Positions 10,001-16,362 of a DNA stretch of 64,000 bases are shown in pieces. Below the pieces are notes generated by a model, which saw only the letters and a program-made list of their open reading frames with translations, was not told the origin of the DNA and made no database searches. The first letter of the stretch is position 1; every line of letters begins with the position of its first letter. The position numbers and the translations under genes were made by a program. Source of the stretch: Myxococcales bacterium (GTDB lineage: Bacteria; Myxococcota_A; Polyangia; Palsa-1104); contig JAQBQH010000344.1 of NCBI GenBank assembly GCA_028287105.1, forward strand, positions 26 to 64,025, written 5' to 3'.

Positions 10001-11210
10001 TGGTCTGCGTCAGCCGCCAGCGCTCGAGACGCAACAGATCCTGCCAGCGTCCGTCGGCGGCATAGGCCGCGCACAGGAGCGTGGCCGCCTCCGAGTCGTC
10101 GCGCGCGCCGGCGAGCGTCTTCTCCAGCCACGGGATCGCCTCGCGCGGCGAGACTCGCGCCAACAGCTCGCCGGCACGCAGCGCCGCCGCGCGGGCGTCG
10201 TCCTTTTCACCCGCCGCCTCGGCCAGCTCCGCCAGCTTGACGTAGCGCGCCGCCGCCGTCGACGACAGGCCGCGCTCCGCCTCGATGGCCGCGAGCGCAT
10301 GCAGCGCCTGCGGCCGCTCGGGAAAGTCGGCCACCAGCCGCGCGCCCAGCGTCTCCGCCTCGGGCCAGCGCGCCGGCATGGCCGCCAGGATCGCCAGCTG
10401 GCGCTCCGCCGCCTCCGGCCCCGTCCAGCTGCGGGCGATCCGGCCCCACGCCTCGACGGCGCCCAACAGATCGCCGCGCGCGAGGAGCGCATCCGCCGCG
10501 CGCGTCTCCTCGTCGCCGAGGTCCGGCTCGACCGCAGCCGCCGTGCCCGCGCCATAGCGCAACACGATCGCGCCCTCGTCGACGCGCGCCTCGAGCAGCG
10601 CCGCCTCTTGGTAGCGCGGCAGCCGCCAGCCGGCCGGCGGCAGCGTCTTCCACAAGAGAAGCTCGAGCGGGTTGAACAGCACCTCGCCCGTGCCCTGCAC
10701 CGACAGCGCGTGCGGCGCGCCGTTGGGCTCGGCGCCGAGACCGAAGGCGATGCCGAGGCCCACCAGCGGCGCCGGCGCCGGCAGGTATCCATAGAGGCGC
10801 ACGTCGCCGATGCGGGCGCGCAGCCGCTGGCCGCCCGCCGGCTCCAGCGTCACGCGCGCCGTCACCACCGCCGTGCCGTCGCCCATGCGGGCGCGCGCGG
10901 CCAGCTCGATGCGCCCGGGCACGAGCCGCGCCTTGAGCTGCGTCAGCCCCAGGCGGCCAAGCCGCGTCCGCCCGTCGAGCCACGCCTGCAGCTTGTCCGC
11001 CTCGACGCGCAGCGCCGCCGCGCCCAGCTCGCAGCGACGGTTCTGGAACCGCGCCGTCCCGCCCGAGGCGTCGAAGGGAAAGCGCAGATTGGGAACGGTC
11101 AGCTCGAGCCGCTCGATGCCGACCAGATCGAACAGCGTCTGCGCGCCGAGGCCGAGCACCCCCCGGCCGTCGACGAACTTGAGCGCGAAGTCGAGCGGCT
11201 GCGCGCTCAT
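1059..11210 (-). CDS. Giant tetratricopeptide-repeat protein, ~3383 aa, with no signal peptide
   Basis: A single uninterrupted minus-strand ORF with high GC3. The ORF-track start at 12185 is rejected because it overlaps the upstream SBP gene and gives Arg-rich junk. The real start is the ATG at 11208-11210 (MSAQPLDFALKFVDG...), which overlaps the TGA of the upstream gene by 1 nt (TGATG). About 290 aa of non-repeat N-terminal domain is followed by >3000 aa of TPR-like helical repeats (recurrent A..Y..AL..P.....AL..LA patterns). Confidence 0.8.
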   Translation of the reverse strand: MSAQPLDFALKFVDGRGVLGLGAQTLFDLVGIERLELTVPNLRFPFDASGGTARFQNRRCELGAAALRVEADKLQAWLDGRTRLGRLGLTQLKARLVPGRIELAARARMGDGTAVVTARVTLEPAGGQRLRARIGDVRLYGYLPAPAPLVGLGIAFGLGAEPNGAPHALSVQGTGEVLFNPLELLLWKTLPPAGWRLPRYQEAALLEARVDEGAIVLRYGAGTAAAVEPDLGDEETRAADALLARGDLLGAVEAWGRIARSWTGPEAAERQLAILAAMPARWPEAETLGARLVADFPERPQALHALAAIEAERGLSSTAAARYVKLAELAEAAGEKDDARAAALRAGELLARVSPREAIPWLEKTLAGARDDSEAATLLCAAYAADGRWQDLLRLERWRLTQTNDPVVEAEVRGRIARVWLDELHDPVRARDELERVLRGQEGEAKLWELYARTLEATGDGKRARESLGKAAALLEGGARAALELRASVLAEAEGDVEAALGHAHAALRAASTDLAALERTAELLARLGRLDDAVAAYQDAIERAEETHDDPTRANLLVALARLAREALHDQHGARAYVERALAIVPSTAALQLAVELAEEDGRLDDLERLCSQLADGGDRRAKLRQAEVLARLERYEEAAAAAEEVSNSFPAAAAAVMAQAYAALGRGGDLRAALERLAAVGGDPSARLRLAELRSADGDLDGARALLEELIGETLRDVDERRAVELITDVLMRQGDDRGLEAALGKLAELRDDDPGRARALAAQGAARARLSRMSDALESYRRALAISPPDDDVQARVGLGEVAYALKLWDEARAALEPLFARGLQPRGERALRLGEIAERQGRADEAVPFYQAALTAGAHAADAVRAHNALAGIFHSLGDFHAEAEAQLRAADDPSTNEPDTVRAGRLVVAAEIWRKRAGRRQEALAGYERALGLDPLQITALDALEALAAEAQDLEGVAQVLGRKVAATAKRPTEQKAILGRLAALQAELGRPDAARAAYARALELDAAFRPALTWLAGDARARGATEDERAALEKLTALAADPVEPEAAAPTLARLAELYAATGMREEAERTARKALALAPRERIALAVIDQALAARGGSRELAELLAVRAEVETDFDVIVELLFRRAALLESLGELRAAVHAYEQLIALRPSSAAAWNRLAALLRNGNEWQPLAQLLTRLAERHAADGRRGEAEALYVEIAHLAHDRLNDPERARAVLHKALEVEPKSRVALQSLLALARGRGDAAEEDLLLGRLAELTEDGAARSLAVAERARARHARGDLDGALALLRDLVPTTAPDAALKLRAEIEEARGTLAQAAPALEELRARAAAAHDESSERWATRRLLRVAAAHRSSSSEELARRALELDPDDRDAALVLIDLERARGNAAGQLAALERLLRIARRTFEGPAREAELGIEVATVLAKAGDSDAALARLREVIEVAPDVGAAHRAYGTLLSSRGQPAEAARALTRAAELGTLDGNGWVLLAGTWEALGDGERAAAAYHRAGAAAPPKKRAEAAFRAGRASEARAAAIEALAQDARDAESLAWAMNGLSPAAILALADELAPRLAVEDGAWLFATVAGDLPPGSDEERLALERAATLSPTAEVLVALGDRMHGPEAAARYESALALDPAYVGAALGLAREGDPYGAARALQAAWERIDDPRRRAQISAARASLLRDRLGDLAGARAAVERALSESEPFPDLAPLRSDLLRAQAALLRAGDPRAAEAALERLREEGGATPADLRHLAELYAERGAFQEVVTLLWKLPGSSETLERALEATGRLDELAARLADEAVRKPPAEARGMYLRAAQLAADRLADPARAAMLLERALPLGPADAEVWARLGRLYLGPLADPDRGARCLARAFAADRERADLLLPLADFHHDAGEHEPATDYYREALARFAVPADEAARVHLRLAEHAHERGDSIDEEQSLLQAVQLGADQAWPRLAELHRARGDGAKLAEVLLKQAEQATGLERATLLREAVPHLSELEGTRLDEQILLLDPSDEAARDRVLSRLRAGGDAAALMARLERELPRASMERQAAYARELGRLASRIGDEERAESAWTTSLGAAPSLEAARALWELYGRHGRHADAAPLFEAALEDPRLDPSERDELARLAGEAYLSSGADAGRALAFVERARAAGMPMPLDPARLRQLLRAERRFLDLVVAIDAQVTQTSDPAERLALELEAAETLERDLGHAGDAARRYAALFDREPEQRELAARARIAYGAAAEPIYALAVLEREIKLVADGPATPQTQIELSQLKIVKGELLLQAGADAEAEAEFLHALITTPRVGRAHAALADVYKKRGDLAGALEHLIAAADAPDLEPMRAAACAVDAADVLLVEGDSVTAERLYQLAAALDPADRRPVDALARLAAARGDSERHADLLGRAAALTADRRERARLALQRARLFQNELKRELDAYRSYKEAVACDPNLREAARGLREMAEARGEWALAAEQRYRELALTTDAAERARLHIEMAHLLEDKILDGAAALRNFEQAAELVLDAGAPAADAPWADLVRLYAEAQRWRDAALSAERLAATLTGVDQAAARAEALSRAGELHEHAGDHERARQRLAEAAAIGGEAGRKADDSLLRIAEDEGDPEELRRRLEERLAVEPEGEVRLELLRRVLSLAVRVGDSAEIDVRSQELLARAPDDAEAFIARKHILETRRDAAGLAQLLRARAAAISDHAERAERRFEAGRIAETELYDVAAAASDYEAALIAEPEHTTALDALADLSYRTRHVSRARALYSALGDRPSSLGADEVSRRRAELAEEAGDLEEARAFYEQAVLHNGSNLSAHQALARLAIGRSDDLGAFQALRAVLDLLPLDAVERITELRRHLGELAFKLGDRDAARNYLELVLSQLPMEARALELLARIYMEQEEWQASADALARLSRLVREPAERAELLFRRGELLRLGMGDLESANDAYLKAADLHPTHAPTLRRLVAYYYSEGDFVALKDVARDLEQLGQPLEEAAIEAGLGLALGGDEARGTVVVAVARPTAPRLAELLAAAKILSIGQIDPALRASARALGPEGRGNLQIALETILGDPTGPLVAGARLALARLHDAAGDIARARVHYAVGTFVEPASLAAIRLRELGPPEPITLPPEAIVHPDAIGPLHDAMAALAPLLMGLAPSEIDADPAPAWTDKLRAVVERATGSRELEAAVVVDLRDPAWAEPTRPPRLLLARRTLADEGVARFAAARAMYALYAGVPLVEGRPPDDVAALLRAAAALFLPDLRAPDRGVAFAAFVRAWQAELAQLQLDPERLPEPARARLEVVLAAAVVDSRAAAAAADWIRAERLSADRAALAATGDLRAALTALAPSEGTGVAERAALLTTSPLGDLVAFALALT

Positions 11211-12226
11211 CAGAAGGCCTCGATTTCGCGATGCTCGGCGCGATAGTCGGCCAGGAGCGACAGCACCCGTTCGATGAGCGAGCGCGGCAGCTGCGGATCG
11301 TTCATGCGCTCGCGCAGTGACCGCGCCTCGTCGAAGAACTGCGCCCGCAGCTGCTGCGACACCGGCACCGTCGTCAGCCCCTGCTTGGCGAAGAGCCCGC
11401 CGAGCAGCGCCTCGTCCTGCGCCCGGCTGGCGTCCTCGAGGTGACCGAGCCCGCGCGCCGCCGCGTGCCGGATGATCGCCTTGTGCTCCTCCGGCAGCGG
11501 ATCGAAGGCGCGGTTGGCGATGAGCACGCAGGCGTCGAGCATCGCCAGCCTGAGCGGCACGAGGTGGCGCGCCTGCGCCGACCACTGAAACGCCAACGCC
11601 GCCGCCGGCGCCGCGATGAAGCCGTCGATCTTGCCTTCGTCGTACAGCCGCGCCGCATCTTGCAGGCTGGCGTGAACCGCCTTGAACCCCATGGCGTCGA
11701 GCGACGGTCCGAGCGTGTTGTCGACGTCCCAGGTCCACAGCGGTGTCGCCTTGAGCTCGGCCAGTGTCCGGATGGGCTTCCGCGCGAACACGAACTCGGG
11801 ACCGACGCTGACGACGCCGAGATTGACGAACCCCGACTTCCTGAACTCCTCGTCGACGCCGGGCTTGAGCCGCCCCATGACGTAGGCCAGCTCGTCGCGC
11901 CCCTGGAACAGCCCCAGGATGCGCATCACGCGCATCGTCGGTGCCAGCCGCTGGCACAACATGCCGCCCGAGAACACGCCGTCGAGCTGGTCGCGCCGGA
12001 TGCGCTCGCCCGCCTGTAGCTCGTCGCCGGCGATGCCCGAGAAGTAGATCTTGAAGCGCACCTGCCCCTTGGTCTCGTTCTCCACCGCGCGCGCGAACGT
12101 GCGGATTTCGCGCGCCCACGCGGTCCCTTCGGGCACCGGCGTGCCCATGCGCAACACGGTCTGCGCGTGCGCCGCCGCCGGCCACGCCAGCACCACGGCA
12201 GCGACGGTGACAAGGAGGGTCCGCAC
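11210..12226 (-). CDS. Periplasmic solute-binding protein, DctP/TRAP-SBP-like, paralog 1, 338 aa
   Basis: Signal peptide MRTLLVTVAAVVLAWPAAAHA. The layout is DctP-like: LRMGTPVPEGTAWARE...FARAVENETKGQVRFKIY..G.AGDEL ... LGLFQGRDE ... KPIRTLAELK. It is 45-65% identical to the four neighbouring paralogs, including the conserved GGMLCQRLAP motif. Confidence 0.7.
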   Translation of the reverse strand: MRTLLVTVAAVVLAWPAAAHAQTVLRMGTPVPEGTAWAREIRTFARAVENETKGQVRFKIYFSGIAGDELQAGERIRRDQLDGVFSGGMLCQRLAPTMRVMRILGLFQGRDELAYVMGRLKPGVDEEFRKSGFVNLGVVSVGPEFVFARKPIRTLAELKATPLWTWDVDNTLGPSLDAMGFKAVHASLQDAARLYDEGKIDGFIAAPAAALAFQWSAQARHLVPLRLAMLDACVLIANRAFDPLPEEHKAIIRHAAARGLGHLEDASRAQDEALLGGLFAKQGLTTVPVSQQLRAQFFDEARSLRERMNDPQLPRSLIERVLSLLADYRAEHREIEAF

Positions 12227-12247
12227 GAGGGCCCCTATCGTATCACG

Positions 12248-13270
12248 TTACCGTTCGCTCTCGACGGACCGATGGATGGCGCGGTAATCGGCCAGGAGCC
12301 CGAGGACGCGCTGGAGCAGCGCCTCGGGCACCAGCTTGCCGGTCAGCTGCTCGCGCGCCGCCTGCGACGCGGCGAAGAACTCGGCGCGAAACGACTCCGA
12401 AACAGGCACGCGCTTCAACCCCTGGGTCACGAAGAGCTGGCTCAAGAGCTGCTCGTCCTGTGCGCGGCCGAGCTCCTCGAGCTGCGCGATGGCGCGCGCC
12501 CCCGACTGCTTGACCGCGCGCTGCCCGGCGATCGACAGCTGATCGTACGCTCGCGACGTGATGATGATGCAGCCGCGCAGAAAGCTCGGCCGCAAGTCCG
12601 CGTAGTAGTGCGCCTGCGTCGACCACTGGAACGCCAGCGCCCCCGTCGGCACCGCGAGGAAGCCGTCGAACTGCCCCGCTTCGTAGTCGTGGTGCGCGCT
12701 CTCGAGCGAGCGCGGCACCACCGCCAGCCCCATCGCGGTGAGCGTCTGCCGGAACATGTCATCGAGGTCCCAGATCCACAGCTTGGTGTTCTTGAGCTGC
12801 GCCATCGTGGTGATCGGCTCGCGAGAGAAGACGACGTCGGGGCCGATGCCGAGCTCTCCCAGGTTGACGAAGCCCGATCGCAAGAACTCGGCGTCGAGCG
12901 TGCTCTTCAAGCGACCGTTCACGTAGGCCGACTCGTCCCGGCTCTGAAAGAGCCCCACGATGCGGAGCGCGCGCATCGTCGGCGCCAGCCGCTGGCACAG
13001 CATCCCGCCCGAGGCCACTCCGTCGAGCTGCTCGCGCTTGATGCGATCGAGCATCTGCAGCTCGTCGCCGGCGATGCCGCCCAGGTACCACTTCATGCGC
13101 ACCTGGCCATGCGTCAGCTCTTCGATGTCGCGCTCGAACGCCTTGGCTTCGCGCGCCCAGGCGGTACCGGGCGGCGCCGCCGTGGCCATGCGCAACACGA
13201 CCGGCTCCGCCTGTGCGACCGCGCCGACGGCCAGCGAGAGCGCCGCCGCCACCGCCAGCGCTCGCCTCAT
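12248..13270 (-). CDS. DctP/TRAP-SBP-like periplasmic binding protein, paralog 2, 340 aa
   Basis: The 645-aa track ORF was trimmed to the internal ATG at 13268-13270 (MRRALAVAAALSLAVGAVAQA signal peptide). This ATG overlaps the paralog 3 stop as ATGA. The body is paralogous to the other four (EPVVLRMATAAPPGTAWARE...). Confidence 0.7.
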   Translation of the reverse strand: MRRALAVAAALSLAVGAVAQAEPVVLRMATAAPPGTAWAREAKAFERDIEELTHGQVRMKWYLGGIAGDELQMLDRIKREQLDGVASGGMLCQRLAPTMRALRIVGLFQSRDESAYVNGRLKSTLDAEFLRSGFVNLGELGIGPDVVFSREPITTMAQLKNTKLWIWDLDDMFRQTLTAMGLAVVPRSLESAHHDYEAGQFDGFLAVPTGALAFQWSTQAHYYADLRPSFLRGCIIITSRAYDQLSIAGQRAVKQSGARAIAQLEELGRAQDEQLLSQLFVTQGLKRVPVSESFRAEFFAASQAAREQLTGKLVPEALLQRVLGLLADYRAIHRSVESER

Positions 13271-14301
13271 CGTCGCGAGTCGCCCTGGAAGGCCCGATGC
13301 TCGGCGCGATAGTCGGCGAGAAGGCTGAGCACCCTTTGCAACAGCGCCGCCGGCACCAGCCGCGCCGCGATCTGCTCGCGCACCGCGCGCGCCTGGGCGA
13401 AAAAGTCGGCGCGGAACGCCTCCGACACCGCCGTCTTGGTGAGCCCCTGCTTGGCAAACAGGCCGCCGACGAGCTGCTCGTCCTGACGCCGGCCCAGCTC
13501 CTCGAGCTGCAAGATGCCCTTGCCCGCGGTCTGCAGCAGCGCGCCGCGCTGCTCGAGCGACAGGGCATCGAAGGCGCGCGTCGACATGAGGATGCACGAG
13601 CGCAGGAACGAGACGCGCAGATCGCTGACGTAGCGCGCCTTGGCCGACCACTGAAATGCCAGCGCCGCCGTCGGCACCGCCAAAAAGCCGTCGACGCGTT
13701 TTTCGTCGTAGGCGCGCTCGGCATCGTCGATGCGCGTCGGCACGACCGGCACACCGAGGAGCGGCCACGACGCGCGAAAGACCTGGTCGAGCTCCCAGAT
13801 CCAGAGGCGGGCCTTCTTCAGATCGTCCATCGACATGATCGGCGTGCGCGAGAAGATGAGATCGGGCCCGATGCCGACCTCGCCCAGGTTGACGAAGCCG
13901 GCCTTGTGAAACTCGTCGTCGAAGATCGGCTTGAGACGACCCGCCACGTAGGCCGATTCGTCGCGCGTTTGAAAGAGCCCGACGATGCGCAGGACCCGCA
14001 TCGACGGCGACAGCCGCGTGCACAAGGTGCCGCCGGAGGCGATGCCGTCGAGCTGATCTTTGCGCACGCGCTCGGCCATCTGCAGCTCGTCGCCGGCGAT
14101 ACCGCCGAGGTACCACTTGGTCAGCACCTGGCCGTCGGTGCGCGTCGAGAGATCCTCGGCGATGGCGCGGGTGATGCGGGCCCATTCGGTGCCGCCGGGG
14201 GCGATGGTGCCCATGCGCAGGGTGGTGGGCTCGGCGTGGGCGATGCCGGCGACGGCGACGGCGATGGCGACGACTACGAGCTGCGTTCGAAGGATGGCCA
14301 A
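13267..14301 (-). CDS. DctP/TRAP-SBP-like periplasmic binding protein, paralog 3, ~344 aa
   Basis: The track ORF start at 14490 would overlap paralog 4 by 185 nt. The likely start is the TTG at 14299-14301, giving the signal peptide (L/M)AILRTQLVVVAIAVAVAGIAHA, 4 nt after the paralog 4 stop. The body reads EPTTLRMGTIAPGGTEWAR... Confidence 0.6.
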   Translation of the reverse strand: MAILRTQLVVVAIAVAVAGIAHAEPTTLRMGTIAPGGTEWARITRAIAEDLSTRTDGQVLTKWYLGGIAGDELQMAERVRKDQLDGIASGGTLCTRLSPSMRVLRIVGLFQTRDESAYVAGRLKPIFDDEFHKAGFVNLGEVGIGPDLIFSRTPIMSMDDLKKARLWIWELDQVFRASWPLLGVPVVPTRIDDAERAYDEKRVDGFLAVPTAALAFQWSAKARYVSDLRVSFLRSCILMSTRAFDALSLEQRGALLQTAGKGILQLEELGRRQDEQLVGGLFAKQGLTKTAVSEAFRADFFAQARAVREQIAARLVPAALLQRVLSLLADYRAEHRAFQGDSRR

Positions 14302-14305
14302 GCCA

Positions 14306-15334
14306 TCACCGTTTCTCTGCGCGATGATTGTTCCGATACTCGGCCAGCCACTCGGAGACTTTGTCGAGGAGCCCGGGCGGCGCCAGCTTCTCGACCGACT
14401 TGAGCGCGTCGCGCGCGGCGGCATTGAACTCCGCCTGCAGCGTCGGCGACGCGGGCATCGCCTGTAATCCCTGGCGCGCGAACAGCCCACCGAGGAGCAT
14501 CTCGTCGCTCATCCGCGCGGTCTCTTCGACGCGGACCTGCAGCTTGGCGGCGGCGCTCGTGATGAGCGCCTGGTCGTCGTGCCCGAGCGTGTCCCAGGCG
14601 CGCCGCGACACCAGCATGCAGCCGGCCAGGTAGCCGACGCGCAGGTTGGTCACGTAGCGCGTCTGCGCCGACCACTGAAATGCCAGCGCCGCCGACGGCA
14701 CGCTGATGAAGCCGTCGATCTTACCCTCGTCGTAGGCGCGCCCCGATCCCTCGACCGGCAGCGGCGCCGGCGCCAGCCCCATGGCGAAGAGCTGCGTCTT
14801 CAAGACCTCGTCGAGACCCCACATCCACGGGTGCAGCCGCTTGAGATCCGCCATCGTCCTGACCGGCGTGCGCGAGAAGATGACCGAGAAGCCCATGCCC
14901 GCCTCGGCGACGTTGACGTAGCCCGCCTTGTCGAACTCGGCGTCGACGATGGGCTTGAGCTTCTGCAAGATGTAGCTCGCCTCGCCGCGGTCGCGAAAGC
15001 GCGCCACGGTGCCGGCGGCGCGCAGCGACGGCGCCAGGCGCTGGCAGAGCATGCCGCCCGAGAGGATGCCGTCGAGCTGATCGCGCTGTACGCGGTCGTG
15101 CATGGCCAGCTCGTCACCGGCGATGCCGGAGAGGTACCATTTCACCAGCACCTGCTCTCGCGTCGAGGCGGCGATCTCGCGGCCGGCGGCGTGCAGCTCG
15201 CGCGCCCAGGCGCTGCCCTCGGGGGTCACCGACGCCATGCGCAGCGTCTGCGGATCGGCGGCCGAGGCAGCCGGCGCGAACGCCAGCGCTGCGGCGATCA
15301 GCCCCGCTGCCAGCGTCCCCCCTGGCGCGGTCAT
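14306..15334 (-). CDS. DctP/TRAP-SBP-like periplasmic binding protein, paralog 4, 342 aa
   Basis: The 687-aa track ORF was trimmed to the ATG at 15332-15334 (MTAPGGTLAAGLIAAALAFAPAASA signal peptide), which overlaps the paralog 5 stop as ATGA. The body reads DPQTLRMASVTPEGSAWARE... Confidence 0.7.
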   Translation of the reverse strand: MTAPGGTLAAGLIAAALAFAPAASAADPQTLRMASVTPEGSAWARELHAAGREIAASTREQVLVKWYLSGIAGDELAMHDRVQRDQLDGILSGGMLCQRLAPSLRAAGTVARFRDRGEASYILQKLKPIVDAEFDKAGYVNVAEAGMGFSVIFSRTPVRTMADLKRLHPWMWGLDEVLKTQLFAMGLAPAPLPVEGSGRAYDEGKIDGFISVPSAALAFQWSAQTRYVTNLRVGYLAGCMLVSRRAWDTLGHDDQALITSAAAKLQVRVEETARMSDEMLLGGLFARQGLQAMPASPTLQAEFNAAARDALKSVEKLAPPGLLDKVSEWLAEYRNNHRAEKR

Positions 15335-16362
15335 CGCTTGGCGCCTTCGCGTCGCTGTTGGCGGTGCTCGGCGAGCATCTTCTCCACCGAGGAGAGCAGC
15401 GCCGGCGCGATCAGCGCGGCACCGAGCTTGTCGCGCGCGCGCCTGGCGGCGGCATAGAATTCGCGCCGCAGCGCCGGCGAGGCCGGCACGCGCTTGAGCC
15501 CCTGCTTCTCGAAGAGACCGGAGGTCAGCGCATCGTCGAGCTGCACCGAGATCTCGTTGAAGTGGATCATGAACTTCGCCGCCGAGCTCTGCAGCACCTG
15601 CTTGAGCTCGAGCGGCAGCGGATCGAGCGCGGCGTTCGCCACGACCAGACACGCGGGCAGCATGGTGGCCGCGAAGTCGGTGTAGTAGGGCACTTCGGCA
15701 GACCACTGGTACGCCAGCGCCACCGACGGCACGGTGAAGAAGGCGTCGTAGCTCTTGCGACGCCACGCGGGCGAGTGCTCGTCGATGGAGGTCGACATCG
15801 TCTTGAGGCCCATCTCCTGCGCGATCTGCTGCCAGACGGGATCGAGGTTCCAGGCCCACAGCTTGGCCGCGCGCAGCTCGTCGAAGGTGCGGATCGGTTG
15901 CCGCGAGAAGAGGACGTCGGCGCCGAACACCGCCTGCCCGAGGTTGAAGAAGCCGGACTTGCGGAATTCCTCGTCGAGGACCGGTTTGAGGCGGCCCATG
16001 ATATAGACGACCTCGTCGCGCGATTCGTAGAGACCACCGAGGCGAGCCGCGCGCAGCGACGGCGCGAGCCGCGCGCAGAAGCTGGAGCCAGCCTCGCCGT
16101 CGAGCTGACCCTGCTTGACGCGCTCGAGCGCCGCCAGCTCGTCGCCGGCGATGCCGCCCAGATACCACTTCATCTTGAGCTCGCCCTTGGACGAGACCTC
16201 GACGTCGCGCGCGAAGGCCTTGAGCGTGCGCGCCCATTCGGTGCCGTCGGGCGCGATGGCGGCCATGCGCAGCGTGACCGGGTCGGCGGCCGCCGGCGTC
16301 GTCAAGAGCGTGAGCGCGCAGAGCGGAAGCGCGGCGGCGCGGATCGGCTTCGGGAGGCTCAC
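15331..16362 (-). CDS. DctP/TRAP-SBP-like periplasmic binding protein, paralog 5, 343 aa
   Basis: The start is the GTG at 16360-16362, overlapping the kinase gene stop as GTGA. The signal peptide is MSLPKPIRAAALPLCALTLLTTPAAA and the body reads DPVTLRMAAIAPDGTEWAR... Confidence 0.7.
   Translation of the reverse strand: MSLPKPIRAAALPLCALTLLTTPAAADPVTLRMAAIAPDGTEWARTLKAFARDVEVSSKGELKMKWYLGGIAGDELAALERVKQGQLDGEAGSSFCARLAPSLRAARLGGLYESRDEVVYIMGRLKPVLDEEFRKSGFFNLGQAVFGADVLFSRQPIRTFDELRAAKLWAWNLDPVWQQIAQEMGLKTMSTSIDEHSPAWRRKSYDAFFTVPSVALAYQWSAEVPYYTDFAATMLPACLVVANAALDPLPLELKQVLQSSAAKFMIHFNEISVQLDDALTSGLFEKQGLKRVPASPALRREFYAAARRARDKLGAALIAPALLSSVEKMLAEHRQQRREGAKR

Larger units (their letters stand above)
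11210..16362 (-). repeat. Tandem head-to-tail array of five paralogous ~1.03 kb SBP genes
   Basis: Five consecutive same-strand ORFs of 338-344 aa share conserved blocks (LRMxT..P.GT.WAR, KWYLGGIAGDEL, GGMLCQRLAP, ALAFQWS, LLADYR). Antisense shadow ORFs within them (11682-11885, 12738-12926, 15755-16006) also resemble each other, as expected for paralogous DNA. Confidence 0.8.

Noticed and set aside
43-11246. Dozens of long ORFs in alternative frames and antisense to the giant TPR gene (e.g. 43-1497, 1163-3457, 1764-3896, 3898-5343, 4643-6484, 4896-6383, 5509-6549, 7362-8732, 7618-8778, 9492-11246)
   Set aside because: Translations are Arg/Ala/Gly/Pro/Ser-rich low-complexity strings typical of off-frame reading of ~70% GC DNA. 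They overlap a far better-supported 10-kb ORF with coherent TPR periodicity.
11211-12185. N-terminal 325-aa extension of the giant ORF up to the first start at 12185
   Set aside because: It overlaps the SBP paralog 1 gene almost completely and reads as Arg/Gly-rich junk. A clean start (MSAQPLDF...) at 11210 is coupled to the upstream stop.
11682-16006. Three mutually similar small antisense ORFs inside the SBP paralogs (11682-11885, 12738-12926, 15755-16006)
   Set aside because: Their similarity simply mirrors the paralogy of the sense-strand genes. They have low GC3 in frame and no start context.
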